Assembly: GCA_050948885.1 (NCBI GenBank)
Contig: JBMNER010000002.1
Span: 107,344 to 171,343 of the forward strand
DNA: 64,000 nucleotides
Source of the DNA: Bacilli bacterium
GTDB taxonomy: Bacteria; Bacillota_I; Bacilli_A; RF39; UBA660
Direction of reading: 5' to 3'
Notes under the pieces: generated by a model
Told to the model about the DNA's origin: nothing
Database searches by the model: none
Seen by the model: only the letters and a program-made list of their open reading frames with translations
Position numbers and translations under genes: made by a program
Shown: positions 47,192 through 56,071 of the stretch, piece by piece
Layout: the number at the start of each line of letters is the position of its first letter
Position numbering within the stretch: the first letter of the stretch is position 1

Positions 47192-49303
47192 ATGTCACTA
47201 TCCCCAAACGAATTATATGCCGAGAAAAAATATTTAGAAAGAGTTTTAGTATTATTAAAACAACAGATTAAGCTTCGCGAGTACAAAATAAATAGTCTCC
47301 ATAAAATGGTTACTAAACATAAAAAATATATGTGGGAAAGCATATCAAGGATAGATACGATAAACATTGCGGTTAATAAAAATATTGTTGAAGTAAATAT
47401 TGGCGTTGGTGATTTGTTTCAAGCAAAGGTTATCCTTTTGAAACAAATGTTAGATAAGCCTTATTTTGGTAGGATTGATTTTCAAGATAAAAATTTTACA
47501 GAACCGGAAAAAATTTATATTGGTTTAACTGGTTTAAGTGACAAATTCACAAACTATATATATGATTGGCGCAGTCCAATAGCGGGTTTATATTATGATT
47601 ATGAATTAGGTAAGGTGAGTTACCAGACACCAAGCGGCATAATTTCCGGTGAAATTAAACTAAAAAGACAATATAAAATAGAAAAAGGAATATTAAAATA
47701 TGCATTTGACAGTTCACTAAATATAAATGATGAAATGTTACAAGATATGTTAGGTAAAAGTACTTCCAATAAAATGAGGCATATAGTAACAACGATTCAA
47801 AAGGAACAAAATAAAATTATAAGAAATACCACTACGAAGATTTTAATTGTTGAAGGGCCGGCTGGGTCGGGTAAAACTTCTATTTCCCTTCATCGCATCG
47901 CTTATCTATTATATAAACATAGAAATGAAAACAACAAATTAACCTCAAATCAAATACTAATATTCTCGCCTAGTAATATATTTAGTGATTATATTGGGGA
48001 TGTTTTACCTAGTCTAGGCGAAGAAAATGTCATTAATACCCTGTTTGCTGATTATATACATAGTTTTATAACAGAGTATAAAAAGATGGAATCTTATTCT
48101 AATTTTATCGAACGTATTTATATTAATGTTGATCAAGATACGAAGGACACAATTATGGTTAAAATGTCTAATAACTTTAAATCTATTATTGATGCGTACA
48201 TTGAAGAAATTAGTAACAAACTAGAATTCTCAGATATTATTATTAAAGATATTGTTGTTTTAAAGAAGGAACAATGTAAAAAACTATATAGTATAAATTA
48301 TAAGATGTTACCACCATATATGCGTTTAGAAAAATTAATTGATTATGGGGCCATGAAATATAGTCATATGCTAGAACGCCCACTAAGAAGAGAAGAAATA
48401 CGGTTAATTATTAGGAGCCAAATTATATATAATAATGATATTAAAGATTTATTAATAAAAATGTATGAAAGCCCGACAATAAAAAAATTAATAGGCCAAA
48501 AATACCCCACAATAAATATCCAAACGTTTTGCGATATTTCTATAGATGGTTTATTAAACACTAAAATTAATTATGAAGATGCGATTATACTTTTATATTT
48601 AAAAGGGAAACTGCAAGGTTTTGTGATAGATAAAACAATTAAGCAGGTAGTTATAGATGAGGCTCAAGATTATAACCATTTACAATTTATAATAATGAGA
48701 AATATATTTCCCAAGGCTCATTTTACTATTTTAGGGGACCCTAATCAAGGTCTTAATCCATTGTTTGAGTATCAGACTTTAAAAGAAATAGAGGCTATTT
48801 TTCTAGATAAGGAAACAGAATGTTTAAAATTATTGTATAGCTATCGTAATAGTTATGAGATTACTCGCTTTTGTAATAATATATTAGATTTAAAAAAAGT
48901 TAATTTAATTAATCGGCATACAGAAGACCCCGTGGTAATAGATACCATCCCCAATTTATGTAATAGTGATTTTTTCCTTCAAGCTATAAATGATAGCTTT
49001 AGCAAAGATTACAACACTACTGCTGTTATTACTAAAAATAAACATCAGATGAGAGAAGTAAAAAAGCGTTTAAAAGCTCTAGGTATTGAATATTATGAGC
49101 ATCTGACTAACGAAGATAATATTAATCATAAAATAATGGTGTTACCAATTTATTTGGCTAAGGGGTTAGAGTTTGATGCGGTTATTGTTTATGATGTAAA
49201 AGAAGATGGTTTTTTGGAGGACAATAAAAAATTATTTTATGTAGCATGTAGTAGGGCTCTTCATAAGTTATATGTTTTAAGCGAAAACAGAATAAAAAAA
49301 TAA
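47192..49303 (+). CDS. helD: UvrD-like helicase HelD (helicase IV, RNA polymerase-associated)
   Basis: ATG at 47192 after RBS AGGAGG. HelD N-terminal motif GRIDF ... YDWRSPIAGLYY, Walker A GPAGSGKTS, IDEAQDY, C-terminal UvrD_C (LAKGLEFDAVIV). Confidence 0.8.
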   Translation: MSLSPNELYAEKKYLERVLVLLKQQIKLREYKINSLHKMVTKHKKYMWESISRIDTINIAVNKNIVEVNIGVGDLFQAKVILLKQMLDKPYFGRIDFQDKNFTEPEKIYIGLTGLSDKFTNYIYDWRSPIAGLYYDYELGKVSYQTPSGIISGEIKLKRQYKIEKGILKYAFDSSLNINDEMLQDMLGKSTSNKMRHIVTTIQKEQNKIIRNTTTKILIVEGPAGSGKTSISLHRIAYLLYKHRNENNKLTSNQILIFSPSNIFSDYIGDVLPSLGEENVINTLFADYIHSFITEYKKMESYSNFIERIYINVDQDTKDTIMVKMSNNFKSIIDAYIEEISNKLEFSDIIIKDIVVLKKEQCKKLYSINYKMLPPYMRLEKLIDYGAMKYSHMLERPLRREEIRLIIRSQIIYNNDIKDLLIKMYESPTIKKLIGQKYPTINIQTFCDISIDGLLNTKINYEDAIILLYLKGKLQGFVIDKTIKQVVIDEAQDYNHLQFIIMRNIFPKAHFTILGDPNQGLNPLFEYQTLKEIEAIFLDKETECLKLLYSYRNSYEITRFCNNILDLKKVNLINRHTEDPVVIDTIPNLCNSDFFLQAINDSFSKDYNTTAVITKNKHQMREVKKRLKALGIEYYEHLTNEDNINHKIMVLPIYLAKGLEFDAVIVYDVKEDGFLEDNKKLFYVACSRALHKLYVLSENRIKK

Positions 49304-49410
49304 GCAAAGTAAGGGTCTTTTAAAATAAAATCTAACCCGATTTTCTAGAAAATTATGAAATTTGGTATTAATTTACTATTAAAATTTAAAATTATGCATA
49401 TTTTTAAGCA

Positions 49411-49500
49411 AGTCGAATATAATATTAGTGTCACAGCAATAATCTATTGCTGTGATAATGGGAACATCCACTGCAAAGTGGATGTTCCCATTATTACATA
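49411..49500 (+). repeat. Copy A of a duplicated ~90-bp element with two perfect hairpins (stem-loop 1 at 49431-49455; stem-loop 2 at 49460-49489 with a GCAA tetraloop); candidate structured RNA
   Basis: gtcgaatataatattagtg TCACAGCAATA atc TATTGCTGTGA taat GGGAACATCCACT gcaa AGTGGATGTTCCC. Confidence 0.8.
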
Positions 49501-49613
49501 TTATTCTAATACTTACTTATATTATTAATTAAAATAAAATCACCGAATTTATTTTTAATACCAATGTCTTTTGAGTAATAAAAAAAATTATAAAAAATGT
49601 ATATTTTTTTATA

Positions 49614-49703
49614 ATGTTGAATATAATATTAATGTCACAGCAATAGGTTATTGCTGTGACAATGGGTATATTCACCGCAAGGTGAATATACCCACTTTTA
49701 TTA
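49614..49703 (+). repeat. Copy B of the same element (stem-loop 1 at 49634-49660; stem-loop 2 at 49664-49693 with a GCAA tetraloop)
   Basis: gttgaatataatattaat GTCACAGCAATA ggt TATTGCTGTGAC aat GGGTATATTCACC gcaa GGTGAATATACCC. Four positions differ from copy A in stem 2, each with a compensating change on the opposite arm. Confidence 0.8.
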
Positions 49704-49832
49704 CTTGACATAGTTTACTTATTTTAGGGCGGTTTTTAGACCGAAGGATTGGCTCTTCCTTTTTTTTTTGTTATAATTTAAATGAGAAACTGTTATCTCA
49801 AACATAAATTAGGACAAGAAAGGGAGATTGCC

Positions 49833-51848
49833 ATGAAGATAAGATTAGTAAATAGATTATTAATTATTGCTTTTTTAATTAATATTTTCCTTATTCCTAC
49901 TAATATATATGCTGAAACTATTTCTCAACCACTCGTTAATGTTACGGCTAATGTTAGGACCGGACCAGGAACAACCCATCCTAATGTTATGGCGGGTGCC
50001 AGGGGAGTTCAACTTTCTGCTGGGCACAAAGTAACTATTCTCGACACCAAAGCGGGGACTGATGGTTATAACTGGTACCATATTCAATTTATCTACGCTG
50101 GTGTCTCTTATCAGGGATATATGCGGAGCGATTTAATTACTATATATAAATACAGTCTTGATAATGATGATGAGTTTGTGGCTACTTCAAAATCAAAGGG
50201 CTTTCCTGATAGCTATTTACCAGGCTTACGGTTTTTACACGCTTTATACCCCAATTGGCAGTTTGAACCTTTAATGACAAATTTAGATTGGCAAAGCACG
50301 GTTAATGCGCAAAGCGCAACTGGTAAAAGCCTTATCTCTTCCTCGCGTGATGTTGCTTATTTTTCTACCGAGCCAGGTGCTTATGATTGGGATAATGATA
50401 GTTGGAAAAAATTTGATAATGGAGATTGGCGGGCTGCTAATAAAGAAGTTGTGGCTTATTATCTTGATCCTAGAAACTTTTTAAATCCTTATAATATTTT
50501 AATGTATGAAGAGCTAAGTTATAACAATAATTATCATACTACCGCTGTGGTACAGAAAATATTGGATGGCACTTTTATGGCTAATACTTATGTTCATGAA
50601 GGTAAATCAAAATCATATGCATCAACTTTTATTGAGGCTGCGGAAAAGACCAAAGCCAGTCCGATTCATTTAGCGTCGAGAGTTAGGCAAGAACAGGGAA
50701 CCAAAGCGGGACCTTTGGTAAGTGGTAATCCCTATCCCGCCTGTGCTTCTTATATTAATACTTATAATTTCTTTAATGTCAATGCTTATGGCAAGAATCT
50801 AGATGAGGTAATATGTAATGGACTGGCCTATGCCTTTAGGGAAGGTATTTTCGCCCGACCTTGGAACAACATTTATAAATCGTTAATGGGGGGGTCAGAG
50901 TTTTTGGCTAGCAGTTATATTAATAAAGGCCAAAATACTATGTATTTACAAAAATTTAATGTTTCCCCTCAAGCCTTTTATGATGTGCATACTCATCAAT
51001 ATATGACTAATATTGAAGCGCCAAAATCAGAAGGCGCAACAGCTTACTCTTCATATAAGGATTATGGCATTTTAGAGCAGCCACTAACTTTTCTTATTCC
51101 TGTTTATGACAATATGCCAGTAGAAACTACTTTACCAACTAAATTAGGTAATCCTAATAACTATTTAAAGGAAATAAAAATAAATAACAAAAGTATTGCG
51201 TCATTCAATCGTACCACCCAAACATATAATATTAGTATTCCGCCCGCTAGTAGCGTCACCATCGCAGCGCCCCCGATAAGTTCAGTAGCCACAGTTTCTG
51301 GAACGGGCTTAATAAATATGCCGGATACTAATAATCGGGTTGAGATTAAAGTTAAAGCTCAAAATGGAAATATTAGAACTTATACCTTAAATATAACTAA
51401 AGATGATAGTATTCCGATTACTTCTGAGGAAATTCTTTATAATTTAAAATTAAACATTAACGATAATTTTATAAGTGGCATTAATCTACATACTAGTCCA
51501 CAACAGCTTAAAGCCAAAATAGAGGGAACTAATATCGTTGTGTCAGCTGCGGTTAAAGATTATAATGGTAATAGTAAAGTATCCGGGAAAATAGCGACAG
51601 GCGATACTATTACTATTAATAACAGTAAGGAAGAAACTACTTATACCGTTATAATGCCAGGGGACGTTAATGGTGATGGCGAGATAACTATTCACGATTT
51701 ATTAATAATTCAAAAACATTTATTAGGTTTAAATAATTTAAAAGGAGCTTTTGTTAAAGCAGGGGACATAAATAAAGCTGGGACCGTTACCATTCGCGAC
51801 TTATTAAAGGTTCAAAAACATATATTAGGTGTATCACTTATCTATTAA
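49833..51848 (+). CDS. Secreted modular protein: signal peptide, bacterial SH3 (SH3b), GH73-like N-acetylglucosaminidase-type domain, cadherin-like beta-sandwich, C-terminal type-I dockerin
   Basis: ATG at 49833 after RBS AAGGGAG. Signal peptide. SH3b (VRTGPGTTHP ... GYNWYHIQF). GH73-like catalytic stretch (PIHLASRVRQEQG). Dockerin with two Ca-binding repeats (DVNGDGEITIHDLLIIQKHLLG and AGDINKAGTVTIRDLLKVQKHILG). Confidence 0.7.
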   Translation: MKIRLVNRLLIIAFLINIFLIPTNIYAETISQPLVNVTANVRTGPGTTHPNVMAGARGVQLSAGHKVTILDTKAGTDGYNWYHIQFIYAGVSYQGYMRSDLITIYKYSLDNDDEFVATSKSKGFPDSYLPGLRFLHALYPNWQFEPLMTNLDWQSTVNAQSATGKSLISSSRDVAYFSTEPGAYDWDNDSWKKFDNGDWRAANKEVVAYYLDPRNFLNPYNILMYEELSYNNNYHTTAVVQKILDGTFMANTYVHEGKSKSYASTFIEAAEKTKASPIHLASRVRQEQGTKAGPLVSGNPYPACASYINTYNFFNVNAYGKNLDEVICNGLAYAFREGIFARPWNNIYKSLMGGSEFLASSYINKGQNTMYLQKFNVSPQAFYDVHTHQYMTNIEAPKSEGATAYSSYKDYGILEQPLTFLIPVYDNMPVETTLPTKLGNPNNYLKEIKINNKSIASFNRTTQTYNISIPPASSVTIAAPPISSVATVSGTGLINMPDTNNRVEIKVKAQNGNIRTYTLNITKDDSIPITSEEILYNLKLNINDNFISGINLHTSPQQLKAKIEGTNIVVSAAVKDYNGNSKVSGKIATGDTITINNSKEETTYTVIMPGDVNGDGEITIHDLLIIQKHLLGLNNLKGAFVKAGDINKAGTVTIRDLLKVQKHILGVSLIY

Positions 51849-51860
51849 ACGGAGGTTTTT

Positions 51861-53207
51861 ATGAAGGAAATAAAAAAACTTATTTTTCTGGGTACCTGTT
51901 TTATATTTTTTAGTATTTTAAATACTATTAATATAAACGCTCTATCAGGCGTAATTAATACTAGGGCATCATTAACTAATGTGGTAGTAGGTAATAATGT
52001 TAATGTAACAGTGACTGTTTCTAGCTCTGCTCCTATTGGGGCCTGGGAATTTGTTCTTAACTATGATAGTTCTAAATTAAGGTTAGTTAGTTCGACCCCA
52101 GCTACATATATAGTTGGTTATGGGGACGGCGTTAAAAAAACGGCGTCTTATACTTATACTTTTAAGACTCTTACAGCAGGTAGCACATCGGTAAGTGTGA
52201 AAAACGCCTTAGTGTTAGACTTTAATACTGAGGCTAAACTAGCCCTTAGTACCTCTCCGGCGAATATTAACATTGTTAAACCAACCATTACGGTGAAATC
52301 TTCTAATGCCTACTTATCAGACTTAACTGTTTCCGCCGGTACATTAGACCCGTTATTTAATAAGAAAACAACGGAATATAATGTTAGTATTGATGAATTG
52401 ATTGATAAATTAACCATTAAAGCTACTCCTGAAGATAGTAAAGCTAGTATCCTTGGTGATGGCGAGGTAGTGCTTAGTGAAGGCAAAAACACTTTTGAAG
52501 TAAAAGTAACGGCCGAAGATGGTAAAACGCAAATTTATACTATTAATATTGATGTTTTTGATAATAATCCTATTAATGTTACTATTGGCCCTAAAAAATA
52601 TACCGTGATTAAAAAGGGTTCTGTTATCGATATTCCAGATAATTATCGAGAAACCATTATTCCAATTCATGCGCTTGATGTAGTGGCTTATACCAATGAA
52701 ATAACAAAGTTATGTTTGGTGCCTTTAAAAGATGAACAAGGAAAGATTAGTCTGTTTATTTATAATGCGAATAAAGAGACATATATTCCGTATCATGAGT
52801 TTTCAACGGGCATATTAAGATTATATATTGTTGAAAACCCAAAAGGTATTACAATACCAAGAAATTACCGCCCAACATCTATTACTATTAACGATGTAAA
52901 GTTAAAAGCTTGGCAATCAGGTGAAGGTAATGCTCGGGATTTCTATCTTATTTATGGCATGAATGTTAATACTGGTCAATATAATTTTTATCGTTATGAT
53001 AAAGTGGAGGAAACATTTCAGCGTTTTATTAATAAGCAACAAAAATCTTACCAAGATATCATCCAGGAATATTTTATCCCTGTAATTATTATTTTGTTTG
53101 TTCTATTTAGTTTAATAGTAATAATTATTATTCAAGGGATAAAAATAAAAAAACTACGCCGATCGTCAATAAAAGCGAAAAAGATACCACCCATGGCTCA
53201 ATTATAA
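51861..53207 (+). CDS. Membrane-anchored cohesin-domain protein (signal peptide, cohesin-like module, cadherin-like beta-sandwich, C-terminal TM anchor with basic tail)
   Basis: Cohesin-like pattern ASLTNVVVGNNVNVTVTVSSSAPIGAWEFVLNYDSSKLRLVSS (compare the cohesin consensus ...G..V.VPV......I....F.L.YD...L...). C-terminal TM (IPVIIILFVLFSLIVIIII) plus KIKKLRR. Confidence 0.6.
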   Translation: MKEIKKLIFLGTCFIFFSILNTININALSGVINTRASLTNVVVGNNVNVTVTVSSSAPIGAWEFVLNYDSSKLRLVSSTPATYIVGYGDGVKKTASYTYTFKTLTAGSTSVSVKNALVLDFNTEAKLALSTSPANINIVKPTITVKSSNAYLSDLTVSAGTLDPLFNKKTTEYNVSIDELIDKLTIKATPEDSKASILGDGEVVLSEGKNTFEVKVTAEDGKTQIYTINIDVFDNNPINVTIGPKKYTVIKKGSVIDIPDNYRETIIPIHALDVVAYTNEITKLCLVPLKDEQGKISLFIYNANKETYIPYHEFSTGILRLYIVENPKGITIPRNYRPTSITINDVKLKAWQSGEGNARDFYLIYGMNVNTGQYNFYRYDKVEETFQRFINKQQKSYQDIIQEYFIPVIIILFVLFSLIVIIIIQGIKIKKLRRSSIKAKKIPPMAQL

Positions 53208-53214
53208 TTAATAA

Positions 53215-53246
53215 AAACAACTTTTAAAAAAAGGTTGTTTTTTTAT
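53215..53246 (+). terminator. Rho-independent terminator after the cohesin gene
   Basis: aaacaactttt aaaaaggttgttt ttttt. Confidence 0.5.
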
Positions 53247-53320
53247 TATGCGAATAGTCTAAGCATAGTTCGTGTTTTTTCGCCAATAATATAATTAAGA
53301 CTCTTTAAGAAGGTGAAAAA

Positions 53321-53785
53321 ATGGCTAAAAGAATATTATTAATGGCGACATCAAGCGGATCATTGTTTACTTTACTGCAACTTAAGGATTCATTTAATAA
53401 ATATGATTTTTATATTGTTACGAGTAAGAATGATGATACTGTTTTTATGAAACAATATTATGGAAAAAGGCTCCGCTTTTTGAATGATTTAACTACTGAA
53501 AAAGGTATTTTTTCGTTTCTATATAACTATCTTAAAAGTTGTTATTTTTTAGTAACAATAAGACCACATATCATAATAATGACTGAATCGCCTTTGGTTG
53601 TTTTAATTTGTTATACGGCTAAATTATGGCGTCGCAAAGTTATTTTTATTACTAGTTTTTCCAATATTAAAACCTTATCTTTAGTTGGCCGCTTAGTGTA
53701 TCCAATCGCTGATTTATTTATTGTTCAGTGGCGTAAAATACTTAAAAAGTATCCCAAAGCAATTTATGGCGGTTGGCTTTATTAA
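53321..53785 (+). CDS. Alg14-like glycosyltransferase membrane-anchoring subunit (UDP-sugar transferase accessory, CpsF/EpsE-type)
   Basis: 154 aa. C-terminal Alg14 hallmark LFIVQWRKILKKYPKAIYGG. RBS AAGGTGA. Confidence 0.7.
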   Translation: MAKRILLMATSSGSLFTLLQLKDSFNKYDFYIVTSKNDDTVFMKQYYGKRLRFLNDLTTEKGIFSFLYNYLKSCYFLVTIRPHIIIMTESPLVVLICYTAKLWRRKVIFITSFSNIKTLSLVGRLVYPIADLFIVQWRKILKKYPKAIYGGWLY

Positions 53786-54276
53786 TGATATTAGTAATCT
53801 TGGGGGATACTAATCAACCCTTCCCGCGGTTAATGAAGAGTGTCTTAAAACAGGTTGATGTAGGGAAAATTATAGATGAAGTTATTTTAGAAACCAGTCG
53901 TGATTGCCTATCGCGGCAGGTTAAAGTAGTTGATTCTCTCACTAAAGAAAAGAGGGAACAATTAATTACCCAGGCTCATTTAATTATTACCTATGTTGGC
54001 GCCGATATTATAAGGAGTGGGCTACGGCAAAGGAAAAAAATAATTGTGATACCACGTTTAAAGAATTACGAAGAAACCTTAAATAATAATGAACGATTAC
54101 TAGTAAATGTTTTAGCGAAGAAGGGCTTTATTTTGCCACTTGATAACGCTGATGAACTTGATCAATTACTATTAAGAGTAAGAAGATTTAAACCAGCCAA
54201 GTATAAAAGCCGTAAGCAACGATTAATAAAAATATTAACTAATTATATTGACCACAATCTAAAGATTAATAAATAA
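53785..54276 (+). CDS. Alg13-like glycosyltransferase catalytic subunit (Glyco_tran_28_C, CpsG/EpsF-type)
   Basis: ATG overlaps the upstream stop (TAATG). ILGDTNQPFPRL N-terminus, YVGADIIRSG ... KKIIVIPR core. Confidence 0.7.
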   Translation: MILVILGDTNQPFPRLMKSVLKQVDVGKIIDEVILETSRDCLSRQVKVVDSLTKEKREQLITQAHLIITYVGADIIRSGLRQRKKIIVIPRLKNYEETLNNNERLLVNVLAKKGFILPLDNADELDQLLLRVRRFKPAKYKSRKQRLIKILTNYIDHNLKINK

Positions 54277-54383
54277 CTATTGATTTAAAAAGGTTTTATT
54301 TCTAACTTTTTCTTTATTATTTATAATGTTATAATGGTTAATAGAAACTAATATAATAGTAACTATAATAAAGGAGGTTTTTT

Positions 54384-54902
54384 ATGTTTCGTCCTGATAT
54401 CTTTGTAAATAAAATAACTAATATTACTCCTAAGTTCTTAAGGACTAATAATATTAAAGGTTTAATCATTGACATTGATAATACCGTTATGGACGATAAA
54501 TATCACTTAGTCGATGATTTATTAACTTGGATTAATGATCTTAAGAAACATAACATTGGGATTTGTTTTGTCTCAAATACTTTTAGTTACCATAAAAAAC
54601 AAAAACTAGAACAAAGTTTACAAACTGATGTTATTATTAAAGCTCTTAAGCCTAGCCGACGCGGTTTTAAATGGGGTTTAAAAAAGCTAGCTTTGTCCCC
54701 TAAAGAAGTAGCGGTTATCGGTGATCAGCTTTTTACTGATGTATTAGGTGGTAAACGGATGGGGATGTATACTATTTATGTAACCCCCATTGCTTTAGGC
54801 AATGAAGGTTTCCTCGTTAACCTAAAAAGGGTTTTTGAAAAACCACTTATTAAAAAGTATAAAACCAATTATAATGTTATAACTACTAAAGACGATTCAT
54901 AA
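54384..54902 (+). CDS. yqeG: YqeG-family HAD-IIIA phosphatase
   Basis: 172 aa. HAD motifs IIDIDNTV, VSNT and GDQLFTDVLGG. Strong RBS AAGGAGG. Confidence 0.8.
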   Translation: MFRPDIFVNKITNITPKFLRTNNIKGLIIDIDNTVMDDKYHLVDDLLTWINDLKKHNIGICFVSNTFSYHKKQKLEQSLQTDVIIKALKPSRRGFKWGLKKLALSPKEVAVIGDQLFTDVLGGKRMGMYTIYVTPIALGNEGFLVNLKRVFEKPLIKKYKTNYNVITTKDDS

Positions 54903-54930
54903 ATTTATAACATTTAGAGGGATGAACATT

Positions 54931-56010
54931 ATGGTCAAGAAAAAAGTTATTGGTCTTATTTACCATCCAGACTTTTTATTACATAATCAAAATTATCATC
55001 CGGAAAAAAAGGAACGGTTGGAGGCAATTATTAATTTATTGCATCATGAAAAATTATTAACTAAATTACAATTAATTACGCCGAAAGTAGCCAAGGTAAA
55101 AGAAGTTAGAACAATTCATACGGCAAACTACATTAAGAGTCTTCGTAACATGGTTAAGCAGGGAAAGGCTTATCTTGATGCGGATACTTATTTAACGCCT
55201 TACTCATATCAAGTGGCGTTACTTTCGGTTGGGGGCGCTATTACGGCAATGAGAATGGTTATGAAGGAAACATTAAAGGTTGCATATGTTATTAATCGCC
55301 CGCCTGGTCATCATGCTTCCGCTAATCGCGGTATGGGGTTCTGTCTATTTAATAATGGCGCTATTGCGGCTAAATTAGCGCTGACTGAGTTTAATATTAA
55401 ACGTCTTTTGTATATTGATTGGGATGTTCATCACGGTAATGGTATCCAACAAGCCTTTTACCATGACCCGCGGGTATTATATATATCGCTTCACGAAAAT
55501 CCCGCTTTCCCTGGAACTGGTTCGATAGAAGAGACGGGTGCTGGGTTGGGAAAAGGTTATAATATTAATATTCCCTTACCACCAAGATGTGGAGATAAGG
55601 AATATCAAAAGGCCTTTACTAATATCATTATGCCCGCGGCTGATATTTATCGCCCGGAGTTAATTATGGTATCAGCGGGATATGATATTTATCACCAAGA
55701 CCCTTTAGGTCATATGCAAGTAACATATCATGGTTTGGCGACAATGACCTCATTCGTCAAAAAAATAGCTAATCAACATTGCCAAGGTAAAATAGTTCTC
55801 TTTTTAGAAGGTGGTTATCATCTTCAAGGTCAAGCTGAAGCAGTGACTACGACTTTATCAGTATTAGGAAATTGGCGCCGCCCCATTAAAGAAGAAATTA
55901 TAATATCATCCTCTTCAATAAAATCAGAAGCTAGTCAAATTATAAATCGTATTCGTCGCCAAAGTTTACCGCTTTTATTAAAAGCTTCAGATACTATTTA
56001 TCGTAATTAA
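54931..56010 (+). CDS. Histone deacetylase-family protein (acetoin utilization AcuC / deacetylase-like)
   Basis: Arginase/deacetylase-fold motifs DWDVHHGNG, GFCLFNN and SAGYD. Confidence 0.8.
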   Translation: MVKKKVIGLIYHPDFLLHNQNYHPEKKERLEAIINLLHHEKLLTKLQLITPKVAKVKEVRTIHTANYIKSLRNMVKQGKAYLDADTYLTPYSYQVALLSVGGAITAMRMVMKETLKVAYVINRPPGHHASANRGMGFCLFNNGAIAAKLALTEFNIKRLLYIDWDVHHGNGIQQAFYHDPRVLYISLHENPAFPGTGSIEETGAGLGKGYNINIPLPPRCGDKEYQKAFTNIIMPAADIYRPELIMVSAGYDIYHQDPLGHMQVTYHGLATMTSFVKKIANQHCQGKIVLFLEGGYHLQGQAEAVTTTLSVLGNWRRPIKEEIIISSSSIKSEASQIINRIRRQSLPLLLKASDTIYRN

Positions 56011-56071
56011 TTTGTTATCTGTTAGTAATTATAATATAATTGAAATAGAATATAATCATGGTAGGTGGAAA

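Noticed and set aside
49394-49528. 44-aa plus-strand ORF spanning copy A of the hairpin element (MHIFKQVEYNISVTAIIYCCDNG...)
   Set aside because: Copy B has no in-frame start codon. The substitutions between copies preserve base-pairing of the hairpins rather than amino acids, so structure, not coding, is conserved.
49400-49710. Possibility that the duplicated element is a CRISPR array or integron attC site
   Set aside because: There are only two copies, they are non-identical, and they are separated by ~200 bp of unrelated AT-rich DNA. The hairpins are perfect, without the extrahelical bases of attC, and no cas or intI genes are nearby.
49529-49711. 60-aa minus-strand ORF antisense to copy B of the duplicated hairpin element
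   Set aside because: The equivalent frame in copy A reads ATG TAA (immediate stop). The ORF is not conserved between the copies and is an artefact of the AT-rich spacer.
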